A stretch of 64,000 nt of DNA from Parasitella parasitica NRRL 2501 (Eukaryota > Fungi > Mucoromycota), in assembly GCA_025201805.1 (NCBI GenBank), contig MU619251.1, positions 62,001-126,000 on the forward strand, written 5' to 3'. The notes beneath the pieces were generated by a model. The model was not told where the DNA came from, ran no database searches, and was given only the letters and a program-made list of their open reading frames with translations. The translations under genes and the position numbers were made by a program. Below, in pieces: positions 1-15,293 of the stretch; position 1 is the stretch's first letter, and the number at the start of each line of letters is the position of its first letter.

Positions 1-1502
1 AGACAAATACAAAGAGCTTATCCCCAAAACTTCATTTCCCCAAGATCAAGAGTTGGTCGATGCATACTTTAGCGACTTGACACCCGAGAATTTGGCTGAA
101 AAGTTGCCTGAAATTACTGTCTTTGTGAAATTGCTCAATAAATCTCGATCTTACAACCTGGACACAACACCCAAATTACTTGGAGCTCGAGAGGATCTAG
201 TCGAAACACTGATTCAAAGTGGTGTTGGCCGTTATTTAGAATTCAAAAACGTCGATGGTATCTTTATTTTTGATCAGACTTCAAGAGCATTGGAAAAAGT
301 ACCTAGTTCTAAAGAGGATGTGTTTACCAACAAATCTGTTACCTTAATTGATAAAAGAAAACTGATGAAATTTCTGACATTTGCAATGGAAACGAATGAG
401 GAATGCGATGACCCATTATTAGAAAACACGGAGGAAATGACTTACTCTCAATTCTTGCAAGAAAAGTTCAAGATTACTGGAAAGTTACAAGAAGCTATCA
501 TATATGCCATTGCACTTGTAAATGAGAAAGGTAACAATCTTGAGAATTCAAGTGATTTTCTGCAACTGAAATAGTGTTACCCAGCTTCTGTTAAGGAAGG
601 CTTACGAAGGACACACCGATTTGTGCTATCGATGGGTAGATTTGGAAAGGGAGCTTATCTTTGTCCTCTTTACGGTGGCGGCAGTGAAATTGCTCAAGCA
701 TTTTGCAGAGTGTGTGCTGTTTATGGAGGCATTTATATTTTGAACCAGCCTCTAGATAGGTTTGTTGTGGATAAAGAAACAGGCGAATGCGAAGGCATCA
801 TCACAAAAGAAGGGCAAGAGTACAAGTGTAAGAAACTGATAGCTGGTATTGACTATTTAAATGCATCATTTTTGCCTTCAAAAGATGAACAAACTGGGTA
901 AGTAAAGATTGCAGGAAGTTAATTACTTGGACTTATCAAATTGCACTAGAACTTGGATATCCAGAGCTATGTTAGTGACAGAATCAGCTGAAGCTAAGCA
1001 ACACATTGCTGAAGCGTTGAGCTATCTTGTATTTCCTCCTGGAAGTGAAGCTGGAAACACTGATGAGCCAATTTATGGCATTCAACAAAATGATGAGAGT
1101 ATGGCATGTCTCAAGGGTCAATGTAAGTGAAGTCATGATCGTAGTAAGAGTATTAGTTAACACTGCTTAGATGTTACGTACCTTTGGACTGCATCAAAGA
1201 ATGACTCTGTGCTCAAGAAGGCAGTCGATTTGCTGATGGAAAAAAAGCCTGCCTCGACCGATGACGAGAACAATACCCAACAATCTGAAAAGCTCATCAC
1301 AGTTTTCTATGATCAGTATGTTCGTAACTCGAAAGCACTACAAGAAAGTTCCGTTAGCAATATTGTGGTCTGTAGTGACCCCGATATCTCTATGGATTTT
1401 AGATCTGCTTTTGAAGAAGCTAAAAACTTATTCTATCAATGTGAGTCTATTGACACTGAGTTTATGCCCGCAGCTGATCAACAAGCTGAGGATGATGACT
1501 AA
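1..1502 (+). CDS. MRS6: Rab escort protein (Rab geranylgeranyltransferase component A, REP/MRS6, GDI family); 5' end outside window; multi-exon
   Basis: ORF pieces carry GDI/REP motifs SRSYNLDTTPKLL, GVGRYLEFK, VPSSKEDVF and YLCPLYGGGSEIAQAFCRVCAVYGGIYIL. GT-AG introns near 530, 898 and 1123. Stop at 1500-1502. Confidence 0.88.
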
Positions 1503-1567
1503 ATAAAATTATAATACTGTTTTATTATGGGGAGATGTTTCTTTTTTTGAATGGTTTAAGATGGTTA

Positions 1568-2938
1568 TTAGTTTACAAGGAAGAACATGTAGACAATTTG
1601 AAGCGCTGCAATAGTGAGCAGGAACCACAAACGTCTTTTACGCTGAGGATTCATAGTTGAAGGTCCAGCTGCAGCATCGGGTAGAATAACATATCTCATA
1701 GAACGAAGCTGCGTACAAATCAGTATCATACAGAAGCGTTAAAGGCTCAACTTACCAAGAAGAAACTGACACATAGGCCAGTGTAGAAAAACACAAGCCA
1801 AGGAATATAGCCACTGCCGCCAATTAATCTTACAATGTCGGTGACGATTATACCAACAAATTTATATCCATAATACGATAACAAATCGAGCATAGACGCT
1901 TCAAAGGGAATGCTCAAAAGATAACAACCTAATCTAGTATAAGCGATTTCCCAAAAGACAACAGCGACCGAGGTAGATACAGCAACATAGAGCAATTCAG
2001 GATGAAAGCTAGTGAAATGTTTAGAATGCTTCATAAGACTTATGTCTTGTATAACTTACTTTTTATGAAGACCAGCAGCTAATCCACAGAGTAGAACATA
2101 TGTCACCACAGCCATAACTACATTTTGTATTAACATCCATTCTAGTGCTATCTTCTAAACTGTTCATTTTAATACCTGGAATGTATAAATCTGGCGAATT
2201 AATGTCCTCTCTGGGCGGTTTAAATCCTTCCATTTGACCAGTTTCTGATCTCATTATCATGCGATTCCAAGACTAGATACATAAAATAAAAAAATTGAAT
2301 ATTTGTTAAATACGCGTATCATTCATACTCACAGAGTTTCTCCAGGGGAATAATAAAAGTCGTAGTTTACTCATAACATAGGAATTACTGACGTTAAAGT
2401 AATGCCTCAGTGCTGGCATGTTAATCCATCGATTAAACTATCACCAGCTTTAATACTGTGTTCCCAGTAAAACGCAAAGACTTACATTCTTTTCGACATA
2501 GGCAGAACCTTGGGCCATTGCACTTCCAGCAAACTGCATACCCATTTGCGCGGCAGGGTCATTGAAGCCAAATTGAGAATAAAGGTTGCTGTTGAGTTGT
2601 GGCGATTGAAGTTGAGGTTGAGGAGTGTAAGCGTTGGGATCGTAAGTTTGGTGCATTTTAGGCTGGTGCTGATGCTGATGCGCTTGTTGCTGCTGTAGTG
2701 ATTGTTGCATCATGGGCTGCTGAGATTGACTGTATTGATAATGCTGCTGCTGCTGCTGTTGTTGTTGTTGTGCTTGAAGATGGGGCAAACCAGGAGATGG
2801 CGTGGAGGATTGGCGAACAGCTGTGCCAAAATCTGGAATAGGATGTTGAGGCACAGGATGCTGAAGGGGAGGTGGAGACTTGGAAGGAGCTCCATATTGA
2901 CTAGCGTACTGATAATTGTTTCCTCCGGCTGGATACAT
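1568..2938 (-). CDS. YIF1: YIF1/HRF1 ER-Golgi membrane trafficking protein with Q/P-rich N-terminus; multi-exon
   Basis: Motifs AAQMGMQF, PPREDINSPDLYIP, FHPELL and LDLLSYYGYKFVG. Last exon ends ...QIVYMFFLVN* with stop at 1568-1570. Confidence 0.92.
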
Positions 2939-4083
2939 TTTGATTTTGTAACGCGAAGGAAGAAAGGAAACCTAATTCACCACACCAATTCTAAGCTAAA
3001 TAGTGACTCTGGAGACACTGATAGTTTCCTGATTGGTCACTGTTATCCTATACCTTTCAAGGTAGATCAAGAACTGTTTCTCTTGTCCGTGCCTTTTGGT
3101 ATGTACCGAAATTTCATAACAATAGACTGTTGACTTGAGAACGAGATAATTTAAGGCTCGGGTTGAAAGAAGATGAAAAATAATTGAGACAATGAAGAAA
3201 TCACTAAAAGGTGAAAAGCAACTATATCCATCCAAGTGGATCCTGTGGGCGACTGTGCTCAATTCTAAAGCAATACCAACCGTATCCTTTTTAAATGGCG
3301 TATACCGAAGCAACCTCTTTGAGTCTTGAATTGGCAGCGTCAAGTCAACTTGAGCCTGTCTAAAAAATGTCAAGCATTTCTAAAGAGCACCGGCAATCTT
3401 TGTATTTCAATACCAACTCATTGATGAAGTTTGAAATGTCTTAATGACAAGCTAAAATAAATTGGAGAATCTTCTTACAAACATCTTGATCCAGAGCGCC
3501 TATTTATGGTATAATTTGCAAAGCACTATAATTCTTACAGCTGCAACCTAACTGCTAGATATTCATCATTTTCGCCCATTTTGCGTTTTGTGGACAGAAT
3601 ATACTACTATGAACTGGCCCAAATTTAAGCAACATCTGCTTGCAAATTATAGGTAATGGAATAGATAACGGGCTTCTATTGAATAGCAATTTCATGCTGT
3701 AAAAGTGCCCAACAAGTGCACGCTCCTGTTTTGAAGTCTGAGCTTCACGAATGCCAGAAAAGGCTGTCAAGTACTCCTAGACTTGCTGAAATGCAGAGAA
3801 ATATCGAGTTACAGATACTAAAGCTTTAGCGAAATTTACTTTGTCGGATAGAGCAATTTTAGCTTTGATATATATATAAATGATTAGGCCTTGGGTGTTT
3901 GTATTTGCAATGTACTAACAAATTAGCAGACTTCATTTTCACAGCTCTTTAGGCGCAAAGCGTATTTTATTTAAAAACTTTTAATAAAAGGGAAGGAGGG
4001 AAAGAACAATGGTTTCGAAATGCAATCAGTAGTTGATGAAATTAGCAATTATGGAATTATTAAAGTGCAAGTTTTGAGCAATA

Positions 4084-4117
4084 NNNNNNNNNNNNNNNNN
4101 NNNNNNNNNNNNNNNNN
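4084..4117. other. Assembly gap (N run)
   Basis: Ns flanked by AT dinucleotide sequence. Confidence 0.98.
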
Positions 4118-4160
4118 ATATATACAATTAGCAAAAGAGAAATGCAGCGTATCAGCAAAA

Positions 4161-6422
<2,262 letters not shown>

Positions 6423-7084
6423 TTTCTTGTGTGTTTTGCTTATTGTAAAAGAAAGAAGATGAAGTGTCCAAGTTGATTAAAGAAAGTGAGGCTTTTTTTT
6501 TTTTTTTTTTGTATTTTTTCCTTGTATATTTTTTCCTTAACTGTGTGGAGTAAGGTTGATTTACCCCACCCGCAATTACTGTGCGCACCCTTGACCTAAT
6601 GAAATCAGGCTTGAAACTTGTAAAGGGAAACCTATTATCAGATGGTATGTGAAACAATCCCGTGGCTTGAATCATTAATACAAGCACCGTCTTACGGATC
6701 GACACCATCGAGTTATAAAGTTCAAATGTGCGATACAGGGCCTCCATTCAAGAGCAAAAAAAAAAAAAAAAAAAATAGCTGCATAACAGTACAGTGTCAG
6801 AACTATGCTCGGCAGCGCAACAGCCGCCAGGTGAGGAGTATGCTGCATGATAAACTACCTTGCAGTATTTCGAAATATTGACAGCAGAGAGCGATGAACG
6901 AAAACAGTACCAGGCTGTTGGCAAAATCGAAGCAAAACGGTTAAAACTAGTTAAATTCATTAAATATGAATGTTTAAGAAGGAAACGATACGTGCGTGCA
7001 CACATAGCTAGCTCATTTTACAATTTTCGTTGAATACATGGCCTCATTCTCGACACTCGTCTTTTTTGTTGTATACTTTAATAA

Positions 7085-8647
7085 ATGCTTTGTTTAATAT
7101 CAATCATATCAGCGTTTATCATCTTTAATGTGACATGTATCCAACAAGACTATGCGCCTAAAAAAGTCATTGTTGGCTATTGGGGCTATTGGGAGTCGAA
7201 ACTATTACCCATAGATCATATACCGTGGTCTCAGATCACTCATGTCAACTATGGATTTGCCTCTGTGAATGAAGGAAACGAGCCTGTGTTGACGAATGAA
7301 GCTCAGTTGATAAGAATGGTTGGTATCGCTCATCAGCACAACGTCAAAGCATTGCTATCCATAGGTGGTTGGCTAGGCAGCAGATCAATGAGTTCAATGG
7401 CTGCTACACACGAAAACAGAACGGCGTTTGTGAACAGGGTTGTAGACTGGGTGTTAGAATATGGGCTGGACGGTAACAACCAACCGAATTTGGGATATAC
7501 TGCCTGTTACTTAACGTTGGACTTTAGGCGTGGACATCGATTGGGAACATCCAGGAAAAAGTGCATTGGAATGCAATACTATCGACTATGCTAATGATGC
7601 CGACAATTATTTAGTGTTGCTAAGGCAACTGCGAGAATCATTAGATAGCGCATTCAGCACTATACAAATAGCCGCCAACAGCACAGCAGTGGATAATGGA
7701 CGCAAGCTGCTGACAGCAGCAGTAGGAACAACGCCATTTTTTAAGAACAATGCGCCCATTGTAGACACAAGCCATTACGCACAAGTGCTGGATTGGATAT
7801 TTGTCATGATGTACGATACGTATGTTGGAAAATCTGTCATTGGGCCGAATGCTCCCTTGCAAACCTCAATGCAAGCAGGAGCAAGCCCTCAAAGCTTTGC
7901 TCAGGCGTGGAATGCATGGACATCAGCCCATATGCCTGCTGACAAGATTGTAATGGGGCTGCCGTTTTATGGCTATGCGTCTAAACCTAAGGAAAACGTA
8001 GTTGCTTTGAAGCGGCTCCTGGTTACAGCACACACATCCAGGCCTCAAGGAGATCCCGATGATGATATGTCTACAACGTCGTCGTGTCCTGGTGTGAAAA
8101 AGCGAGGCTATTCAGGATTGTGGAAATGGAGGTCTTTGTATACATCAGGCGCACTGTTGGATGCAATGACGCCAGCAGGTCAATGGATCAAGAATTGGGA
8201 TCAGGAATCGCAGACACCGTGGCTGTATAATCCAGGTACATGAAGCAAGATACGAAAAAAAAAAAAAAAAGGATTGTTCATCTGATGATTGGAATAGTGA
8301 CCCGCCATTTGATCAGCTACGATGACCCAGACAGCATCTCCATCAAGGTCAATTTCGCTCTTTGTCTGAATGCAAGAGGCGTGGGTGTCTGGGACCTCGC
8401 TTATGATGCATACGATTCCGAAGGGCAAGGAGAGCTGCTCTCCGTAGTGAACCACCAAATATCAAGTTCCGCTGCTACAGTAGAGGCAGCCTGTCAAAAG
8501 CTGAATCCTGTTGCCGCCTACAAAGTAGTTGGTCCTCAGTTCAATGCACTTTCAATTGATAGAGTTCTGTCTAAATCAAATCACGCCAATGTGCACTTGT
8601 ATTGTCGTATTGTGCTAGTTTTGCTTTTCGGCTTCATGTTGAAATAA
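7085..8647 (+). CDS. Secreted GH18 chitinase, possibly GPI-anchored; 3 exons
   Basis: N-terminal signal peptide, THVNYGF and LSIGGW motifs. Catalytic DGVDIDWE is joined across the intron at ~7473-7528. ISYDD motif and hydrophobic C-terminus IVLVLLFGFMLK. Confidence 0.92.
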
Positions 8648-8791
8648 AGGAACCTGATTTAGCCCAATCATCCATATTAAATTGCAAATTTGACATTCAA
8701 CCCTAACCCCGGTTGTTTGAATATATGAGGAGGGGCCAACATAAAAATGGTGCTTTTTTTTTTCTTCCTCTCATTCTTATCCCCCCCTTCA

Positions 8792-9644
8792 ATGCTTAGA
8801 CGTACTCTTTTCAACGCTAAAAGAGGATTGGCTACTGCCTCTCCTCTTGTCATCAAAAACGCTCGTATCCAAGCATCAGTCATCTTATCACGCACGCCTC
8901 AGATTACTCGTGATGCCACTCCTTTTGAGCAAGCTTATTTTGACTATCGCGAGAAGCTTGAACGTCAAGAGTCCATAGCCACACCTACAGAGTTTTATTT
9001 CAAAAAGGGATCTGTCGCAGAGCGTCGTTGGAAGCATGAAGAGCAGGCCCGTTCAGAGGCAATGAAAGACACTTCGGTTTCTCTCATCAATGCCGTTCGT
9101 CAATCACAAGCCACATGGGAAAAAGAGAATGAAGGATTAGCAGTTACCAACAAAGCAAACAAGATGGAGCGTTCGTCAAAGGCAGATGTGGAGGGCAGCA
9201 AGCAAAGCTTAGATCGCTGCCTGCAACGCACCCTGTATCTCGTAATCAAGAAAACTGGCAATGAGCCCTGGCAGTTCCCTGAGAGTGCTGTCGATACATC
9301 AGAATACTTGAACGAGGTAAATTTTTGGATTGAAGACAGAGGAGATTTGTTGCGCTAACAGACAAGTATGATAGGCAGCAGAGCGTACATTGAGGGAGGA
9401 GTGCGGTGCAGCTATGGATACCTGGTTTGTTGGACGTCAGCCAATTGGCGTGTATAAACAAGCTTCAACTAGAGGACAAGAGAATGGATCAAAGACCTTC
9501 TTTATGAAGGCCCGTGTATACGCAGGTCAAGTGAAACCCAGTGAGCAAGTCAGTGAATATGCTTGGTTGACAAAGGACGAGTTGTCAGAGACTCTCTCCC
9601 CTGAATACTACAAGGCTGTCAAGGACAGTTTGGGTGATCTTTAA
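8792..9644 (+). CDS. MRPL17: Mitochondrial ribosomal protein mL46 (yeast MRPL17); 2 exons
   Basis: Mitochondrial presequence MLRRTLFNAKRGLAT. Motifs SLDRCLQRTLYLVIK, WQFP, DTWFVGRQPIG, TFFMKA and YAWLTKDEL. Confidence 0.88.
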
Positions 9645-9703
9645 ACAAGTGGTTTTTTTTTTTATAGAATTTTATTATGTACATAAATTTTTACTTTTTA
9701 ACG

Positions 9704-10951
9704 CTATGCCACCATCATGCGGTTATTTCGTTGTGAGTCGATAAATGCTGCTGTTGATGTCGAGTCATTGCTACTGGCTCTTTTCTTCTTGTTGCCTTTG
9801 AGCATCTGCATAACTTTTTTGAAGCCGGGCTTGTTGGCTTTGGGGCTGCCGTCACTGTTTGAGCAGGACGAAGCCAGTGACGATTGGGATGAAAACGACA
9901 GCATCGATCCACCTGGCAAATTGAGCAACTGCTGAGATACGCCTGATATCTTCTTCTCCCATATCATCGTAGTGCGGAATTCTTGATAGCATGTGGAGCA
10001 TAGTAAATCGTTGGGTCGTACCTTGTCTGGCTTGGGCCATCCAACCTGTGTCACTCTGCATTTAGCACAATCAAACTCTACATTCAAATCGGCCCATCGC
10101 CCATCTGCGTATTTTTCAGCTTCACCATATTCATAGAGTGCCAGTTTGAATAGCTTAACAATGTCGTTGTTAGGATCCATGCTTCCACGCAAGGCGCTGC
10201 CGTTTGCGCTGTTCTTTTGCAGCGATTCAATGAAATGACCTACAGCCTTCAGGGCAGTAACAGACTGGTGCTGATCAAAGCTTTGCCAGAACTTGTAGCC
10301 ATCGTGAAGGCTGGCCATGAGCTCCTGTATTTCTTTTGTTTGGTTCTCTACATCTTGCTTATTAAGAGTGAGCTGGTCCTTTTTCTTTTGACAGTCGCCT
10401 ATTGATTTGGACAGTTCACTAACGGCTCTTTGAGACGAATCTACCACAGCTCGTATCTCTGACACTCTTTCCTCAGCATCCGAGTTTTTGTCACGAGCAC
10501 GGACATACTTCTTCTTGTACTGTGCAGCAATCAAAGGAATGTGGTATAACTGATGGTACTGACTTTCTCTTTTCGACTTTTTATTTCTTCGTTGTTCGGC
10601 GTAATCACGCACCTCAGCCAATTTCTCCTCGTGGGTTTCCAGCTCTTCTTTCAAGCTTGTACGACGGCATGCCAATTGATCCATGTCATGGATAATGTAT
10701 GTGATTTCTGAATGAATACGCTGAGCCAGCTGCTGATTGGCATATATTTTTTTCCTGTAGCGATCGTCCACAGCCTGAACTACCTGGTAAAAGTGCTTGT
10801 TTTGCTTTCTGCGTGCTTCGATCTGGGACTCTATTTGTCTTGAAAGATGCATCATCAATTTAAAGGCTCCATTTGACTTGGACGCTAGAGATACAATGAA
10901 TTCAGCTTGTTCCAGGTTTACCGCTGGCTGTTGCTCAAGTGCTTCTTGCAT
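9704..10951 (-). CDS. Hypothetical intronless coiled-coil protein with C-terminal C4 zinc-finger-like motif
   Basis: 415-aa ORF with heptad-rich central region and CAKC...CSTC near the C-terminus. Confidence 0.75.
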   Translation of the reverse strand: MQEALEQQPAVNLEQAEFIVSLASKSNGAFKLMMHLSRQIESQIEARRKQNKHFYQVVQAVDDRYRKKIYANQQLAQRIHSEITYIIHDMDQLACRRTSLKEELETHEEKLAEVRDYAEQRRNKKSKRESQYHQLYHIPLIAAQYKKKYVRARDKNSDAEERVSEIRAVVDSSQRAVSELSKSIGDCQKKKDQLTLNKQDVENQTKEIQELMASLHDGYKFWQSFDQHQSVTALKAVGHFIESLQKNSANGSALRGSMDPNNDIVKLFKLALYEYGEAEKYADGRWADLNVEFDCAKCRVTQVGWPKPDKVRPNDLLCSTCYQEFRTTMIWEKKISGVSQQLLNLPGGSMLSFSSQSSLASSCSNSDGSPKANKPGFKKVMQMLKGNKKKRASSNDSTSTAAFIDSQRNNRMMVA

Positions 10952-12549
10952 GTGTAATTTTTATTATTATTATTTTTTTTTTTTTTATGTAACAAGTGTA
11001 AAAGAAAGAAACTGAAAAGGGAAGAAAAGGGCGGCGGTGGATGATATTTATCGTTTGCCAAGAACAGCCTGGTGAAAACAATACCTTTTATGGAGGGGCA
11101 CACCGTTTTGTATACATTTTGCTTGGGCTTGTATAGGTAAGCAATCAAGCACTCAATGACCTATATATAGCTGCTAACCTCTCCCTCTCTGATAGTTCAT
11201 TGGCTTACATGTCCTTGTTATCAATGCATTTCCTCGCTTGAATAAGAAATAACAACAACAACAATAACTGCAACTGCTGACTGTAAACAAAGGGCCCAAA
11301 AGATACACGAAAACATAAAGGCTTGCTGATTTACCTCCCACTCAGCCATAGTAACATCTTTACAGAGTTGATCTTCTTTAAAGCTGTGTCAGCTTACTAC
11401 TACTATCATAGCTCGTCCATAATAAACAGAAAGGGTTAACGCTTATTATACACATGAAGCGTCAACCTATCAGTATATCATACATTTATTAAATAGTAGC
11501 AACATAAATAATACTAAAAAGCAATCGACATCAAGTTCACAGGTTGATGCATTTTATTTAAGCAAAAAACAAAAAACGTATTTCTCTTGATCCTCATAGC
11601 TGAAATGCCATGATTGGCAGGACCACCCACGAGCAGGGCGAAATACATATGGTCCCAATCCCCAGACCTCAACCCTCAGACCTCAACCCCCAGATCCTAA
11701 ATTGAGCTTCCTTCTCGATACTTGATCCTAAAATCGAGACTTGTACCAACCAATGCACACACAAGCTTTGAATACTAGGGACTTCCAAGTCTATTGGTGA
11801 TACTAAACGCATCTCCATGTCTTATCAGCCAGCATCCTTTAAACACTCCGTACCTACACGTCGTGGCAGAGCGTACATTCAGCTTCCAGATTTTTATACA
11901 AGACGGACCAGATTGCCAAAGTAATACACCTATTTACTGTTTGGGATGCGAGGGGGTTCACCTTCCAGTCGTAGGGATTCCCCAAGCCAGTAGGCAGAAC
12001 TCTCTGATTCTAAGTTTTCCTTCTAGCAGACATATAACCATAGACACTACGTCAATGTCTGATACTGGATTGCAATGGTGCGACAAAGCGGATAACGCAA
12101 ACCCAACACAGAGAGGGAACACCTATGCATCATTTCCAGTAGTCAGTCAATGAATCCCCCCCCCCACAACGACCCGAAGATCATTGCAGAGTAGACCAGT
12201 TTCGAAGGAAAGCTCCCTAGAACCGACAAGAACATCAGTTAGGCAAATCAGATATGGAAAACCAGTAAAACCCAGGCAAAGTTGGCTATAAACACATCTT
12301 GTTAAGAGCCGATCAAGTTAAGAAAAAAAAGAATATTGCGGATTAAATACACCCGTTTATAACGCATAGCTGAAGCTGCTGAAGCCAAGTCGAAAAATTA
12401 AAGTGTCAACTGGATACAGGCTGTGTTGTATGAAGAAACCTGCGAGTGTGTAGCTGTTTAACAGAGATCATTTTGTTTGATCTGCTTGAATCAAAACTCG
12501 AATTTCATGCAACGAAAATGCTAAAGAGTAGATTGGCATGTTCTCCTTG

Positions 12550-13270
12550 ACAAATAAAAGAACGAAGCTATAATAGAATGGGTTATGGATATGAGGTATC
12601 AAATGCTCTTATTATGAGAAAACTATGATTATCCGTGCATAGCAGTTTTAACTATATTTTCAGCAGAAAATATGTAGTTTTGAAGGCTATATTTTGAAGT
12701 CAAATATTCTTCATCACAGGTTTGAGCGCTTTGAGCTTTTCGCACGTATCGATAGTATCTATGACCAAACAAGATGGCTCATATTCAAGTGTTACCATAG
12801 GCCCGATTAGCCAAACAACACTCTTCTCTCCATAACACGCACTGGTAAAGATTCTTTTTCAAAACTGGAGCCTTGGCTCTCATCTGTGAAATGTTTGGAT
12901 AAGATGATTTACGCTTATACTATTAAATTATCGGGAGACTTTGCTACAGGCAAAAATCAGAAACTTAGTTGCCAAAATGACAGTAAACGCTCACTAAAAC
13001 ATTTTTAAAAAAAAATTACGTAAATCATCGAGGCAAGTTTTCGACTTTCGGAAAACCATTTTAGAACAATTATCAGGAGATTTTTAGCCAAGCAAACAAG
13101 CAAAATTTAATGTGCGTATCGGATATACTTGATACTTTCTTCAGTTACTTGGTATTAGACATTTAAGCAATATTTGAAATCGAATGGCAGCACACTGCTG
13201 GGATTGAGCAAGACATGAGTATCATGGGTATCTTGAAGATATCTTAATATGGATCAATAGCCAAGATACT
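12550..13270 (+). mobile_element. Possible highly degenerate pogo/Tigger (CENP-B-like) transposase remnant
   Basis: Broken frames give EAIIEWVMDMR (Tc5 HTH-like, ~12563-12597) and LEDI-NMDQ (DDE_1 'IFNMDE'-like, ~13232-13258, needs one indel). Many stops. Confidence 0.3.
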
Positions 13271-13565
13271 GCAAAATATGATCTTGAAAACTATTTTTAT
13301 GTAGGTTCATATTTGATTAATATAGATCGTGCACAGTTTAAACCATTACCTTTTTTCCTGCTTCAACGCATAACCTGCAATCCAACTTTCTGCAAAAATC
13401 TACTTCTTTTAGGCTCCTTTACAACATTGTACCAAGATTTCATGCATCTTCGACTATTATTTAAAGCCTATTCTGCTTGGACACCAAACCTCGTAATACT
13501 CGATGATCAAATTCGACAACACAAACAAAGTTTTTCTTTGCTTGTATTTAAAGCTTATCTCTATT

Positions 13566-13567
<2 letters not shown>

Positions 13568-13630
<63 letters not shown>
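13568..13630. repeat. Poly-T tract (~63 nt)
   Basis: Directly visible homopolymer. No target-site duplication found. Confidence 0.9.
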
Positions 13631-15293
13631 CTTTGTGGCCTACGTAAACTTCAGCGTGTTGTTGTCAGATAAAAGACAAAAACTGTAAGGAAACAATGTT
13701 CATCGATCTCAAACACAAAAACAAATAATTCAAAGTAATGCATTAGACTATAAGACACCTTTTCATTACATATTTGCATAGCTTGGAGCAAGTTTTTGTT
13801 TATTTAAAGTTGACATCAGATGAAGGTAGCGACATTTCTGACTTTTTTAAGAAGGTATTTTCCAAAATCGGAGCGTGAGATCGCCAGGCCAGGTACAGAC
13901 ATGCAAGTACCACCATTGGAAAGCCAAGAAGCATACAAATTAGATTTATTAGGTTTAAAATGTTTTTTTTTCTTGATTGGGAAGCTATGTCTTTTCAAAG
14001 CTATTGCTTTCTTCAAAAAAACACCATTTTTCTTTGATAGCGGAGATTAAACGCGTCCAAAATCAGGAAGGAAAACTTCTTTTAAAAACTCCATTTGTAC
14101 AATTCAAAAACAAAATTACTTCTTTAGGGCAAGATATCATCCCCTGATACTATGCATACCACCGCTATGAGTCTATGATAATAGCCGTATTTTTGGACGC
14201 TTTACACGATGGTATTACTTCATAATTCTCGTATGCTTATGGAAGGAACTATGTCGAGAAAACCTCAAAACAGATCAAGAGGGAAAAGTCAATTTTTTGC
14301 TTAATCAGAGCGCATTTCCAGTCTTTCAGATCAAGGAATGGTCTTTTACGATCATTTTCTTCTAGTATATGCTATAGTAAAAAGTTGCATTTTTGGGGTC
14401 AAAATCGAGGATAATGCATAATCGATGATTTTGGATGTGTGGATACAAGGAAAAAATCAAAAAAATCCGTAATTTTGCATCGAAAAAAAAATCATGCCCA
14501 AATTGCACCAAAATCATATATAATGTAGTTTTTTCCCAACGGATACTATTTCTGGTGTTTTCGGAGCACTTTTAGTTATGAAAATCAGTCAAAAATGGCA
14601 CACGAAGCTAAAGTTCATGCTTTTAAGCTGTAAAAAACATCTATCTGGAGACGGTATCACGTCAATATCAATTCTAGTACATGACACAGCTTTATGAAGT
14701 AAGTATTTTGATACAACAAGTATACCTTTCTTCATAGTAAAATGATAAAACAGGTGTGGCTCTTCGAGTTGGAAGCATTTGACGGATACGTACAAATTAA
14801 TGCCTTATTAGTATATGCAGTTTGATTCTTTGATGTTTTTGTGGTTTAACCAATTTTTAGTTGAAATACTTCTGCAGTTCTATAGACTTGCCTAAATTTT
14901 AAAAGATATACCTGAAATAATTTGTCAATTATGAAATTCAAACAATTCTGTATTGTGGCATGTTAGGTAATTGTTCGGTTTCAGGCATCTGAAGTACATG
15001 TTGGCAGTGTTGATAAAGTCGTTCATTTAAAAATACATATTGCTCCTGCACAATGGCTGTTTGATCAAAAATAAAAGATTTGTTATCAGAAACCCTAATA
15101 CCTATAATCTACATAAAATGACTGTGCTTCACCTTGCTCTCGTCATAAGTTGCAAGTACCGGAAAACCATTGTCCGACAGAGGTTTCTTGGTTCTTTTCT
15201 TTTTTTCAATGCAGCATTAGCTCCGTTTTCTTCTTCATATCCCCACAGTATAAAGTAGTCGACTGACAAGAGTCCTCTTTTATACTTGTACAA

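Noticed and set aside
2702-3133. Leu-rich plus-strand ORF resembling a signal peptide
   Set aside because: Antisense of the poly-Gln tract of YIF1.
3000-3960. Short ORFs upstream of YIF1, considered as a TE or Fanzor C-terminal remnant
   Set aside because: No RuvC, DDE or RT motif in the frames I read.
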